Virus record (IMG/VR): IMGVR_UViG_3300007734_000753
Coordinates: 12,731-76,730 of that record
Reading direction: 5' to 3' (one strand)
DNA: 64,000 bases
From: a virus
Of the stretch, positions 9,432 through 19,181 are shown piece by piece (position 1 is the first letter of the stretch; the number at the start of each line of letters is the position of its first letter). The position numbers and the translations under genes are program-made. The notes beneath the pieces were generated by a model. The model did no database searches. It was not told where the DNA came from and saw nothing but the letters and a program-made list of their open reading frames with translations.

Positions 9432-10370
9432 ATGCTAATAAAAAGAGGTATGACAGGTCCATTAGTTGCTGCTCTACAGCAAAACTTGGAAGATCTAGGA
9501 TATGAACTAGGAAATGTTGATGGTGCTTTTGGTAAGAACACCGAAGCTGCTGTAAAAGATTTTCAAGGTAAAAAAGGACTTGGTGCCGATGGCGTTGTTG
9601 GTCCAAAAACATTACAAGCAATTGATGCTGCCCTAAAAGCTGCTGGCAAAGAAGGCGCTGAATTTGATGATCAACCAGAAGAAGCCCCAGCAGTTATTCA
9701 AGAAGTAAATGTAAAAATGGGTTGGGTCACTTGCCCTGCTGATAAATATCCCGGCAAAGACGGCTATGGCTCAACAATTTTGAGAACTGATGCTGCGGCA
9801 GCATATAAAGAACTAAAAGCCGAAGTAAATGCTCTCGGTGGCGTTGTAACTTCTGCTGGTGGTCGTCGTGCTCTAAGCTCTGGTGCCGGTCCAGCAAGAT
9901 CAAAAACCTCAATGCATTATACAGGTTTAGCTTTTGATATGTCATTAGCAACTGGTATGCAAAGCACAGAAAGAGATCCTTTCTTATGTGTGAGAGTTCC
10001 AGATAGCCGCAAATGGACTGTTTGGTGTAAATCAGACAAAGCCTCAGAAGTAGAATTAGATGTTGTAACTTGCTCAACTGTAAAAGGCAAGACACAACTA
10101 AAAACAACCAAAATAAAAGTAAAAGCTTTCAACTTTACCGAAGTTGCTGAAAAACATGGCTTCTACAGCATTTCAGCTCGCAAGTCCTTCTTTGAGGGTG
10201 GTGCTTATGGTGGAGCCGAGTGGTGGCACTTCCAATACAACAAGGCTCTTACAAAGGGTCAAAGCAAGTTCGGTGAAGAACTATTAAAAGTTTATTCTCT
10301 AAATGAGGCTCAAAAGTTCGTTTATTGGAACGAAGTAAAAGACAATGTTTACGGCGTAAACTGGTTCTAA
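9432..10370 (+). CDS. Endolysin: peptidoglycan-binding domain + M15-family Zn peptidase
   Basis: DGAFGKNTEAAVKDFQ and DGVVGPKT are PG_binding_1 motifs; SMHYTGLAFD and EWWHF are M15 motifs. Confidence 0.85.
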   Translation: MLIKRGMTGPLVAALQQNLEDLGYELGNVDGAFGKNTEAAVKDFQGKKGLGADGVVGPKTLQAIDAALKAAGKEGAEFDDQPEEAPAVIQEVNVKMGWVTCPADKYPGKDGYGSTILRTDAAAAYKELKAEVNALGGVVTSAGGRRALSSGAGPARSKTSMHYTGLAFDMSLATGMQSTERDPFLCVRVPDSRKWTVWCKSDKASEVELDVVTCSTVKGKTQLKTTKIKVKAFNFTEVAEKHGFYSISARKSFFEGGAYGGAEWWHFQYNKALTKGQSKFGEELLKVYSLNEAQKFVYWNEVKDNVYGVNWF

Positions 10371-10381
10371 GGAGTAAAAAT

Positions 10382-10726
10382 ATGGATAACAAGTTATTAA
10401 AAAAATTAATCATGGAAGAATTAAAAGTATTATTGAAAGAGGAAGTAGGAGGTTCTACCGCAAATCATCCTTGCGTAAAAGGCGATCCTATTCGTCCCGG
10501 CTATAGAAGTGTAAATGATGATACAAGCTCTCTTCAGCCAGCAGAAGCACAATTATCAAAAGCAAGATGCTTTAGAGCCGCAATCAATCTTACAGAACAA
10601 GCAAAAAAAACAACACCAACTGGCGGCGGGGCAGATCGTGGCGCGTATGTGCCAACCCCACAGGGAGAAAAACTTCTCAACATGGCGAAGCAAGCAATTG
10701 AAACTTATTTCCAACTGCAGAAATAA
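10382..10726 (+). CDS. Putative internal head protein
   Basis: ATG at 10382 after GGAG; N-terminal LLKKLIMEELKVLLKEE is the recurring motif. Confidence 0.55.
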   Translation: MDNKLLKKLIMEELKVLLKEEVGGSTANHPCVKGDPIRPGYRSVNDDTSSLQPAEAQLSKARCFRAAINLTEQAKKTTPTGGGADRGAYVPTPQGEKLLNMAKQAIETYFQLQK

Positions 10727-10736
10727 AGGGTAAATC

Positions 10737-11150
10737 ATGACTAACTGGCTAAAAAACAATTGGGCTACTTTGCTTGTGTTTGTTGTTGTATTATCCGCTG
10801 CTTTATGGATCAAAGGTAAATTTGATGAAAGCAATACAGAGGAAGTAAAGCAACAATATATAAAGCAAATGGAAGATCAAAGAAAGTCTTTTGATTCTCA
10901 AATAAAAGAGATAAATAAGATTAATGAAGAAGCTTTATCAAAACAAAAAGAGTTGGCTTTACAACATCAACAAACTTTAGAGAACCTACAACAGCAATTT
11001 GATGAAAAAGTATCTGAACTTGAAGAGTTGAAAAAACTAAAAGTAAAAGAACTTACAAAGCAGCTTACTGATGATCCAGAAGTTGCTGTTCATGAAATGG
11101 CTCATAAGTTTGGTTTTGATGTTGTCGTTGTTCCCGAGGAAGAACCATGA
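10737..11150 (+). CDS. i-spanin-like protein (N-terminal TM + coiled coil)
   Basis: One N-terminal TM helix and a long coiled coil, near the endolysin. Confidence 0.55.
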   Translation: MTNWLKNNWATLLVFVVVLSAALWIKGKFDESNTEEVKQQYIKQMEDQRKSFDSQIKEINKINEEALSKQKELALQHQQTLENLQQQFDEKVSELEELKKLKVKELTKQLTDDPEVAVHEMAHKFGFDVVVVPEEEP

Positions 11151-11578
11151 ATAAAATAATAGCATTTATATTATGTTTCTTGTTTCCTCTATCAGCGTTC
11201 GCAGATAACGGCAAAGTTGCTTCAATTAGAGAAAGCCAGAAAGCTCCATTTACAGGCTTTCTTTTTGATGCCGCAGCATTTGCTAAGATAGAAGTTGATA
11301 AACAAACCATTATTGAGAAATATGAACTTGAGAAAAAGTTATTAATTGAAAAATGCGAGGCAGAGAAAAAGTTTCTAAATGAAACTTGTATCAACGAAAA
11401 AGATGTTTTAGTCAAAACAAACGACGTTGTTCTCAAAGGAAAAGATGAAGAAATAACAAGGCTAAATAAAATTATTGCTGATATGGCTCCACCAAATAGA
11501 GGCTTATGGCTTGGGCTTGGTGCGGCAGCAGGAATAGCAATTAGTCTTACAACAGTCTATTTAGTAAAGAACTTATAG
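11147..11578 (+). CDS. Secreted coiled-coil protein with C-terminal TM (possible spanin partner)
   Basis: Signal peptide AFA|D, C-terminal hydrophobic helix, ATGA overlap with the previous gene. Confidence 0.5.
   Translation: MNKIIAFILCFLFPLSAFADNGKVASIRESQKAPFTGFLFDAAAFAKIEVDKQTIIEKYELEKKLLIEKCEAEKKFLNETCINEKDVLVKTNDVVLKGKDEEITRLNKIIADMAPPNRGLWLGLGAAAGIAISLTTVYLVKNL
11556..11563 (+). promoter_or_regulatory. Late promoter TCTATTTA
   Basis: CTATTTA core about 30 nt upstream of 11591. Confidence 0.5.
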
Positions 11579-11590
11579 GAGTGCTAATGT

Positions 11591-12043
11591 ATGGGAATCA
11601 AAGAAACAATTTCAGACGCAATAAAGAAAGAGGGTCAAGTGCAAGTCCCAGAAGATAAACAAAATCGTTTTAATGTAATCTTCCAAAAAATGATGAGTGT
11701 GAGATGGTATATCACATTTATCACAATGATTACTTTACTTGCTATTCTCTGCGGTATTGTGCTTTCTATTATGGTAAAAGCTGATATGGCTCAAGAGTGG
11801 AAAGAGATTTTATTGCTTATTCTTGGCGCTTTTATTGGTTCTTATAACAGAGTTATTGACTTTTGGTTTAATAATTCACAAAGAGATCAGATAATGCTAC
11901 AGAAGATTGATGAAGAAGACGATCCACCGGGAACTCCAAAATCAGATACACTTACTGTCTCCCCAGCGCAAGACGCAATTGAAGTTAAAATGCCCGAACC
12001 TACACCAGTAAAATCAAAGGAAGAAAAAAATGAAGATAAGTGA
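11591..12043 (+). CDS. Two-TM membrane protein (holin-like)
   Basis: Two TM helices followed by VIDFWF; located in the lysis cluster. Confidence 0.5.
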   Translation: MGIKETISDAIKKEGQVQVPEDKQNRFNVIFQKMMSVRWYITFITMITLLAILCGIVLSIMVKADMAQEWKEILLLILGAFIGSYNRVIDFWFNNSQRDQIMLQKIDEEDDPPGTPKSDTLTVSPAQDAIEVKMPEPTPVKSKEEKNEDK

Positions 12044-12368
12044 ACTCAAACAAATAATAAAAGAAGAACTACAAAAAGCCCTAGCGGAAGAAAAAGAACT
12101 AACAGCAAGAGAAAAGAAACTAGCAGCGATGCGTCCACCAGAGGATAAAATTACTAGAGGTGATGTTATTGCAGCCGCACAAAAAAAGAAAGCTGGTCAA
12201 CTAGATGAAGAAGAAGCACAACATCTTTCTAAAGCTGAAAAGAAAGAAAAAGAAAAAATTGTAAAAGGCATGAAAGACAAGAAGTCAGATTTTGAGAAAA
12301 GATACCCCGGTCGTGGTGAAGAAGTAATGTATGCAACTGCTACAAAAAAAGCTAAAGAAATGAAATAA
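12030..12368 (+). CDS. Putative internal head protein (highly charged)
   Basis: N-terminus MKISELKQIIKEEL; modules DKITRGDVI and KSDFEKRYPGRGEEVMYATATKKAK separated by LAE and LDE. Confidence 0.65.
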   Translation: MKISELKQIIKEELQKALAEEKELTAREKKLAAMRPPEDKITRGDVIAAAQKKKAGQLDEEEAQHLSKAEKKEKEKIVKGMKDKKSDFEKRYPGRGEEVMYATATKKAKEMK

Positions 12369-12370
12369 AA

Positions 12371-12378
12371 ACTATATA
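12371..12378 (+). promoter_or_regulatory. Late promoter variant ACTATATA
   Basis: Intergenic, upstream of small ORF 12405. Confidence 0.5.
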
Positions 12379-12404
12379 ATATACACAAAGGAGGTGATGA
12401 CAAT

Positions 12405-12506
12405 ATGGCTACTAAACCAAGCAAAATTCCAGTAAAGAATCCCGGTCCAAATGAGAAATCAGGCGGCAAGCTCAAGCCACTCGGCGGCGGCAAGAAAGGC
12501 AAATAA
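12405..12506 (+). CDS. 33-aa basic peptide (not in ORF track)
   Basis: MATKPSKIPVKNPGPNEKSGGKLKPLGGGKKGK*, with a strong SD AAGGAGGTGA and a hairpin downstream. Confidence 0.65.
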   Translation: MATKPSKIPVKNPGPNEKSGGKLKPLGGGKKGK

Positions 12507-12521
12507 TCTAGAAATAGATTG

Positions 12522-12560
12522 AATCCCCTGCAAGTTACTATTTACTTGCAGGGGATTTTT
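12522..12560 (+). terminator. Hairpin terminator with late promoter in the loop
   Basis: AATCCCCTGCAAGT / ACTTGCAGGGGATT plus a T run; ACTATTTA at 12537-12544. Confidence 0.75.
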
Positions 12561-12568
12561 GTATATAA

Positions 12569-12829
12569 ATGAAACTAGAGATTCTGATAGAAATGTGTAA
12601 AGCAATGGGCGTATCATACGCATATCCACTTCCTCTTTCTTATACAGAAGATGAGCCAAGCGATGATGAACAATGTGATACAAAACATGCTACAATTTCT
12701 GTAAAAGAAGTGCCATATGATAATGTGCCAGATGGTGCTGCATATCTAATGAACTACCAAATTTTTGAGAAAAATGAAAAACAAAGACCCAAACTTCGTA
12801 CCAAAATTAGAAAAAGCCATAGAAAATAA
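12569..12829 (+). CDS. Hypothetical protein
   Basis: ORF follows the hairpin/promoter and overlaps the next gene. Confidence 0.45.
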   Translation: MKLEILIEMCKAMGVSYAYPLPLSYTEDEPSDDEQCDTKHATISVKEVPYDNVPDGAAYLMNYQIFEKNEKQRPKLRTKIRKSHRK

Positions 12830-13136
12830 ATATGGCGAGATTGCTACGAGAAATCCTTCTTACTTCTGGGATGAAGAAAAAGAGAAGGCGTATATTGAAC
12901 AACTCAAAGAAGAGACAGAAAAACCACCAGAATATACAACTATTCAATCAGATGGTTTTTTTATCAAAAAGAAACTATTTATGAAAGCGAATCAAAGAAC
13001 ATGCTCGCAATGCGAAAAATACTCTTTTGATTCCAAGGACGACTTATACATAAACAAATTTGAGACTTGTTTCAAGTGTTATGTAATTTACATTGAAGGC
13101 AGAGAAGAAAAATGGCTGAAAAAGAAAACTCCGTAA
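12774..13136 (+). CDS. Hypothetical Zn-finger protein
   Basis: CSQC...CFKC; ATG at 12774 preferred as start. Confidence 0.65.
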   Translation: MKNKDPNFVPKLEKAIENKYGEIATRNPSYFWDEEKEKAYIEQLKEETEKPPEYTTIQSDGFFIKKKLFMKANQRTCSQCEKYSFDSKDDLYINKFETCFKCYVIYIEGREEKWLKKKTP

Positions 13137-13675
13137 CCACTTATGATATAGTAAAAGCGCTATCACAAGCTGCCTCTGTATATGATGGTGCTCATGATAA
13201 AGATGGCGAACCAGTAAAAGCTGGTCTTTCCAGAGAAGAAGGAAACCCTCTTCTTGACAAAAGATGCATTGATGGCTTCAAGGTAAAGTTTGGCGGTCAA
13301 CACATGATCCTAACCTATCATACTGAATGCCTTCTCTCTGATATACACAAGATGGGCATTGAAAAGTACGAAAATGAGATCGAAGGTCACATAAAAGACA
13401 TTATAAATTTTATCAAGAAAGATTATAAGAATCATGCCAAAGGTTCAGTCTCCCTTACTCAAGAAGGCGAGACAGACATTTTGATCGAGCCAGTATCAAG
13501 AATTCGCACCACGGTTAGAGCAGTTGCTAAATTCAAGATCGGCTCTATAAAAGATATGGATGAAATGCCCGGTAAAAGAGATGATAGAAAAGATGTAAAG
13601 TCTCACAACGAATTAGGCGGGCTTGGTGGTAAAAGACCATCAAATGATACAAGAAAGAAAACAGATGAAGATTAA
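13112..13675 (+). CDS. Hypothetical protein coupled to TerL
   Basis: TAATG overlap with TerL; ACTATTTA upstream at 12974-12981. Confidence 0.65.
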   Translation: MAEKENSVTTYDIVKALSQAASVYDGAHDKDGEPVKAGLSREEGNPLLDKRCIDGFKVKFGGQHMILTYHTECLLSDIHKMGIEKYENEIEGHIKDIINFIKKDYKNHAKGSVSLTQEGETDILIEPVSRIRTTVRAVAKFKIGSIKDMDEMPGKRDDRKDVKSHNELGGLGGKRPSNDTRKKTDED

Positions 13676-15252
13676 TGGATACAATTTTTACCAAAGAAGA
13701 TATAAAGAGAGAGATTGTTCGCTGCGGTAAAGATCCAGTTTACTTCATTAGTAATTTTGCACGTATTTCACACCCAATAAAAGGCACCATCCAATTCAAC
13801 CTGTATCCCTTTCAACAACAAGTTGTAAGAGATTTCGTATCTCATCGTTTCGTTGTTGTCAACAAAGGTCGTCAGCTTGGTCTTTCAACCACAACAGCAG
13901 CTTATGTTGCTTGGATGATGCTTTTTTATAGAGAAAAAAGTATTCTTGTTGTTGCAACAAAATTGGCAACTGCTGCCAACTTGGTTAGAAAAGTAAAATC
14001 TATTATAAAGAACTTGCCACCTTGGTTGGCTGTATCAAAGATAAAATTTGACAATAAGAATTCATTTGAGTTAGAAAATGGCTCATGGGTAAAGGCTTCT
14101 TCTACTTCTGGCGATGCTGGTCGTTCTGAAGCTCTTTCTTTGCTAATCGTTGACGAAGCTGCACACATTGAAAACATGGATGAAATGTGGGCTGCTATGT
14201 ATCCAACGCTTTCTACTGGTGGTCGTTGTATTGCCATTTCAACACCGTATGGCGTTGGTAACTGGTTCCATAAAACTTATACAGATGCAGAATCTGGAAA
14301 GAACGATTTCTATCCAGTAAAACTATTTTGGAATGTTCATCCCGACAGAGATCAAGCATGGTTTGAGAAAGAAACCAAAAACATGCCAGAACGTCAAATT
14401 GCTCAAGAACTTGAGTGTTCTTTCAACGCATCTGGTGGAACGGTTGTATCTGGCAGAGATTTGGAAAGATTAGAAAAACTTACCAAAGAACCAAAATATA
14501 AAACAGGTTTTGATAGAAACTTCTGGATTTGGGAAAACTACGATCCCAGCAAAAAATATATGTTAGTAGCAGACGTTGCCCGAGGTGACGGAACAGACTA
14601 TTCAACTTTCCATATATTTGATATAGAGTCAATGGAGCAAGTTGCTGAATACCAAGGCAAACTTCCACTAGATGAATTTTCTAGACTAATAAATGATTGT
14701 GGTAGAGAATATGGTTCTTGTTTGGCAGTTGTAGAAAACAATTCATTTGGCGTTGGCGTAGCCAATAAAATAAAGGAACTTGGTTATCCTAATATATTCT
14801 ACTCAAATAAAAATTTTGAATTTATAGACCAAATGACAGCGGAAGGATTATCAATCAATTCCCCCGGCGTCTATGTTTCAATGAAAACAAGACCGCTCAT
14901 TATTGCAAAATTTGAGGAATTTATTAGAAACAATTATCTAAAAATAAACTCAAAAAGATTGATGAACGAATTGACAACATTTATTTGGAATCACGGCAGA
15001 GCAGAAGCGCAAAGAAGCTATAATGACGACTTGGTTATGCCTTGCGCTATCGCATGTTGGATAAGAGATACTGCTATACAAACAGGCATAAAAGATTTAC
15101 AATATAGAACTGCAATGATAAACTCAATTTCAGTTGGTTCTTCTTTTATAAATACAAAAATTGCAGGTATGCAAGGATATAGACAGCCAAAAACTGATCT
15201 GATGAATAAGTACTTAGAGTACCAACAACACTCTTGGATTATAAAGGCGTAA
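13675..15252 (+). CDS. terL: Terminase large subunit (T4 gp17-like)
   Basis: LYPFQ Q-motif, KGRQLGLST Walker A, LLIVDEAA Walker B, ISTP, and nuclease motifs ADVARG..DYS and DDLVM. Confidence 0.95.
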   Translation: MDTIFTKEDIKREIVRCGKDPVYFISNFARISHPIKGTIQFNLYPFQQQVVRDFVSHRFVVVNKGRQLGLSTTTAAYVAWMMLFYREKSILVVATKLATAANLVRKVKSIIKNLPPWLAVSKIKFDNKNSFELENGSWVKASSTSGDAGRSEALSLLIVDEAAHIENMDEMWAAMYPTLSTGGRCIAISTPYGVGNWFHKTYTDAESGKNDFYPVKLFWNVHPDRDQAWFEKETKNMPERQIAQELECSFNASGGTVVSGRDLERLEKLTKEPKYKTGFDRNFWIWENYDPSKKYMLVADVARGDGTDYSTFHIFDIESMEQVAEYQGKLPLDEFSRLINDCGREYGSCLAVVENNSFGVGVANKIKELGYPNIFYSNKNFEFIDQMTAEGLSINSPGVYVSMKTRPLIIAKFEEFIRNNYLKINSKRLMNELTTFIWNHGRAEAQRSYNDDLVMPCAIACWIRDTAIQTGIKDLQYRTAMINSISVGSSFINTKIAGMQGYRQPKTDLMNKYLEYQQHSWIIKA

Positions 15253-15256
15253 AAAA

Positions 15257-17314
15257 ATGGCAAGAAATATAGCTGGTGATAATAATACTAAAAATAGTCT
15301 TTCGCCTTTATTCAAGAAGCTTACAAAGCTTTTTTCGGGTCCAATTGTAAATTATAACCAACAATACCAAAGAGCATTTAGAAGAAACCAATTAGATAAA
15401 TTTGCTTCTAAATTCAATTCAATGGCTGGATTTGAGTTGCGAAAGACAACTTATAATCCTTTTGATGCAATGAGAACAAATCTCATGGCAAATCAAAACC
15501 GTGGTGAAAGATATAGTGATTTTGATCAAATGGAATTTTACCCAATACTTGCCTCTGCACTAGATGTTTATGCAGACGAAATGACGACTCACAGTGAATT
15601 GTCGCCATTGTTGAATATAAAATGTCCAAACGATGAAATAAAAGAAATTATTAAAATCTTGTTCCATGATGTTCTGAACATTGATTCCAATCTATTCGGT
15701 TGGTGCAGAACAATGTGCAAATACGGCGATTTCTTTCTTTATTTAGATGTTGATGAAACCGTAGGCATAAAATCTGTAATTGGTTTGCCTCCTGAAGAAA
15801 TTGAAAGATTAGAAGGTGAGGACGAAACAAATCCAAATTATGTTCAATTTCAATGGAACTCTGGTGGTATGACATTTGAGAATTGGCAAATGGCTCACTT
15901 CAGAATTCTTGGTAATGATAAGTTTGCTCCTTATGGCACTTCTGTCCTTGATCCTGCTAGAAGAATTTGGCGTCAGTTGTCCATGATGGAAGACGCAATG
16001 ATGAGCTTCCGTATTATTCGTGCTCCAGACAGAAGATTGTTCAAGATTGACGTTTCTGGTATTCCTCCGGAAGATGTTGAACAATACATGCAAAAAGTTA
16101 TTACTCAACTAAAACGCCATCAAGTTGTCGATCCAGATACAGGTCGTGTTGATTTGCGTTATAACCCAATGAGCGTGGAAGAAGATTATTATATTCCAGT
16201 TCGTGCTGGTTCTTTGTCTGACATTTCAAGTGTTGCTGGTCAATCAAACGCAATGAACGTTGATGACATTAATTATCTAAAAGAAAACCTATATGCCGCA
16301 ATCAAGATTCCTAAATCTTATCTTACAAGAGGTGAAGGTGGCGATGCAAAAACGAATCTTTCTCAATTAGATGTTAGATTTGCTAGAACAGTTTTGCGCC
16401 TCCAAAGGGCAATTGTTGCTGAATTAGAAAAGATCGCAATGATTCACCTATATGTTCTTGGCTATAGAGGCGAGGACATTTTATCTTTCAAGCTTGAACT
16501 AAACAATCCATCCAAGATTGCACAAATGCAAGAGCTTGAATTCTGGAAAGTCAAATTTGAGACAAACAATGCCGCCAAAGAAGCTGGATTTAGCAGCAGA
16601 TGGTCAGCTAAACACGTTCTCAATCTTACTGAAGAAGAATTTGTCAGAAATATTTATGATAAGTTCTATGATAAGAAGATAAATGCTGCATTAGAAGGTG
16701 AATCAGGTGCAGGCGAAGGCGAAGTTCCCGGTGCAGCCTCAACTGGCGCTGGCGGCACATTAGGTGGTTTAGGTGGTCTAGGCGAACTTGGCGGTGAGGG
16801 CGAAGTACCCGCAGAAACTCCAGCGGGTCCAACACCAGAGGGAACCCCACCAGCAGGCGAAACAGAAGCCCCAGCAGCCCCAGAAGCTCCAGAGGCACCA
16901 GAAGCTCCAGCCGCTCCAGCAGGCGGCGGCGAAGAATCGCCACTTCTAATAACTCCAGCAGGCAGAAGAGGTTATAATTGGGATGCCATAATGAATTTTG
17001 ATTCAGGTGTCAAATATGAAAATAGTAAAGGTCAAACAACAACCACAGCCTCAAAAGGTAAAATATACACACCAGTAAAAAATGATCAAAGAGGTGGTTC
17101 TGGTCCAAGAAAGAAAAACATGTCAAGCGCTGGTGGCAAAATTGAAACTTCCAGCAGAGCCATGAACCCAAGCGCTTCTGAAGAGAGAAGAGTGGCAAGA
17201 GGTTTAATGGAATCTGATTCTAGAGAAACATTATATATGCTGTTAGAACAACGCATGAATAAAATAAATCAAGAAGTGAAAGAGATTTCTAAAAAAGTAG
17301 ATCCCGAAGATTAG
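15257..17314 (+). CDS. Portal protein (T4 gp20-like) with low-complexity C-terminal extension
   Basis: MEDAMMSFRIIRAPDRRLFKID, EEDYYIPVR and KIPKSYL are gp20 motifs. Confidence 0.93.
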   Translation: MARNIAGDNNTKNSLSPLFKKLTKLFSGPIVNYNQQYQRAFRRNQLDKFASKFNSMAGFELRKTTYNPFDAMRTNLMANQNRGERYSDFDQMEFYPILASALDVYADEMTTHSELSPLLNIKCPNDEIKEIIKILFHDVLNIDSNLFGWCRTMCKYGDFFLYLDVDETVGIKSVIGLPPEEIERLEGEDETNPNYVQFQWNSGGMTFENWQMAHFRILGNDKFAPYGTSVLDPARRIWRQLSMMEDAMMSFRIIRAPDRRLFKIDVSGIPPEDVEQYMQKVITQLKRHQVVDPDTGRVDLRYNPMSVEEDYYIPVRAGSLSDISSVAGQSNAMNVDDINYLKENLYAAIKIPKSYLTRGEGGDAKTNLSQLDVRFARTVLRLQRAIVAELEKIAMIHLYVLGYRGEDILSFKLELNNPSKIAQMQELEFWKVKFETNNAAKEAGFSSRWSAKHVLNLTEEEFVRNIYDKFYDKKINAALEGESGAGEGEVPGAASTGAGGTLGGLGGLGELGGEGEVPAETPAGPTPEGTPPAGETEAPAAPEAPEAPEAPAAPAGGGEESPLLITPAGRRGYNWDAIMNFDSGVKYENSKGQTTTTASKGKIYTPVKNDQRGGSGPRKKNMSSAGGKIETSSRAMNPSASEERRVARGLMESDSRETLYMLLEQRMNKINQEVKEISKKVDPED

Positions 17315-17319
17315 GATAC

Positions 17320-17327
17320 ACTATTTA
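17320..17327 (+). promoter_or_regulatory. Late promoter ACTATTTA
   Basis: Intergenic exact motif before 17347. Confidence 0.7.
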
Positions 17328-17346
17328 TAGTAGCGGAGTTTATTAG

Positions 17347-18177
17347 ATGAAATTCAAGCATAATAAAAGAAGAAATAGTGCCTTTTTGTATGAAGCTCTT
17401 GTAAGAGAGCTTGTAAAGAGCGCCATGAAAAAAGATGATAACAGAAAGCAAATCACAATTGATTTGATGAAGAAGTATTTTCATGCTGATTCTCCGCTTG
17501 GTAAAGAGCTAAAAGTTTATAAAGCACTTTATGAAACAACCAATCTTTCTCCAGAAGATGCCGAAAGATTACTTTATGAAGCTAAAAGAACATTTTTTGG
17601 TGTTGGTTTCGCTAGCCCGCAAGAAATATATGACGAACAAAGCCAGTTGATTGCTGCCGTAAACAAAAAACTATCTCCTTCAGTATTTTCTAATTTTGTT
17701 CCGAACTATAAAAGTATTGCCACAATCCAACAAATCTTCTCAAAAGAAGTTTCTATTCCAAATAGAATAATGCTTGAAAGAAAAATTCTCGATGATCTTT
17801 GCTCTAAGAAACTAATTGTTGAAAAGAAAGAAGAAAAGCTAAAGATAAACGATCTTGTTATGAAAACAGCCATAAAGTCTTTCAATAAAAAATATGATAA
17901 ACTCAATGAAAATCAAAAGAAACTAATTTCCAAGTTTCTTGTAAAGAGCGAAGAAACGGAAGCAGATTTACGCTTGTTTGTTTCAGAAGAGTTATCAAGA
18001 ATAAAGAATAAATTATCTTCGTCTCTTACAATAAAAGAATTTGCTGAAGATAATATAATGAAACAAAAAGCTCAAAAGACTTTATTATTGATTGAAGAAA
18101 CATTAAAAAGCGAAATAGATGAAGAAGAAGTTTCTTTGGTATTGAAACTTCAAGAACTAGAAAAGGAACTAGGCTAA
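17347..18177 (+). CDS. Hypothetical head-module protein
   Basis: Helical protein between portal and protease; starts KHNKRRNSAFLYEAL. Confidence 0.7.
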   Translation: MKFKHNKRRNSAFLYEALVRELVKSAMKKDDNRKQITIDLMKKYFHADSPLGKELKVYKALYETTNLSPEDAERLLYEAKRTFFGVGFASPQEIYDEQSQLIAAVNKKLSPSVFSNFVPNYKSIATIQQIFSKEVSIPNRIMLERKILDDLCSKKLIVEKKEEKLKINDLVMKTAIKSFNKKYDKLNENQKKLISKFLVKSEETEADLRLFVSEELSRIKNKLSSSLTIKEFAEDNIMKQKAQKTLLLIEETLKSEIDEEEVSLVLKLQELEKELG

Positions 18178-18797
18178 TGGCTATAGAGATTGTTGTCGGT
18201 AATAAAGAAATAGAGGCAACAAAAATGCCACCAGATTCTTTGGGGCTAAACCCTATCCAGCCGGATGCACCAGTTGCTGATGGTGGAAAAGGTATAAAAC
18301 TTATACTTAATGGGTATTTCTTTTCTATAAAACTAAACGCCAGAAAAACCTTAGATGGCAACATCATGGTCTATGATCATCCAAACATAGACATTGTTAT
18401 CATGCCAACAAAAAATAAAATAATCTCAATGCCAAAGAAAAGCTATTATCACGACACTTATCCAGTGCAAAAGCGTTTCTTTGACTTTCTTGAAAGCAGA
18501 GGTGCAACCGTTTTAGGTTCGACTAGAGGCGGCGTTGTTTATAACTCTTTAGAAACATATTATCCAACCAACGAAGAGTTGGATGTTTTACAAGTTATAT
18601 TATTATTAACAAAGAAGTTTCTCGAAGAAGAAACAGAAAATTCCATGACTGAAAGAGAATACGAAGAAGAGGTCGAACAACTTTATACAAATCCAGATGA
18701 TGATGACTCTACTGAATTAGGCGAAGTTCCTCAAGCCAAAAAGAAGGGCGCAATCGATCCAAATTACAAACCATACAACTTGTTATACAGGTTCTAA
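18177..18797 (+). CDS. Hypothetical protein
   Basis: TAATG coupling on both sides. Confidence 0.7.
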   Translation: MAIEIVVGNKEIEATKMPPDSLGLNPIQPDAPVADGGKGIKLILNGYFFSIKLNARKTLDGNIMVYDHPNIDIVIMPTKNKIISMPKKSYYHDTYPVQKRFFDFLESRGATVLGSTRGGVVYNSLETYYPTNEELDVLQVILLLTKKFLEEETENSMTEREYEEEVEQLYTNPDDDDSTELGEVPQAKKKGAIDPNYKPYNLLYRF

Positions 18798-19099
18798 TGC
18801 AATTATTATATTTTATTCTGATCTGCTATGGTCTTACGCAGATAATTTGTTATGGTAAGATTTTTGATAACATAAGACCAAAAGCAGAAAGTTATAATGG
18901 ACTAGGCTTATTGTTTCACTGTTCAATGTGCATGGGATTCCATGTCGGACTTTTTGTATATCTATTTTCAGTTTTTAGCAAACTATTTACTTTTGATTTC
19001 AGTTTTATAGACATGTTTTTTATGGCATGTATTAGTTCTGGAACTAGTTATATTTTAGACAAACTCATAGATGATAATGGATTGAGGATAAACAAATGA
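18797..19099 (+). CDS. Small membrane protein with CxxC (DUF1360-like)
   Basis: Hydrophobic protein with LFHCSMCMGFH. Confidence 0.6.
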   Translation: MQLLYFILICYGLTQIICYGKIFDNIRPKAESYNGLGLLFHCSMCMGFHVGLFVYLFSVFSKLFTFDFSFIDMFFMACISSGTSYILDKLIDDNGLRINK

Positions 19100-19179
19100 A
19101 TATAAGAAAAAAAGGTTTCAATCTTTGGGTACAAAAGTGGATGAAAAGACCACCAACTAATTGCAAGGGCGGGTGCTGA
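19096..19179 (+). CDS. 27-aa peptide (not in ORF track)
   Basis: MNIRKKGFNLWVQKWMKRPPTNCKGGC*; ATGA overlap, GAGG SD, fills the intergenic gap. Confidence 0.5.
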   Translation: MNIRKKGFNLWVQKWMKRPPTNCKGGC

Positions 19180-19181
19180 CT

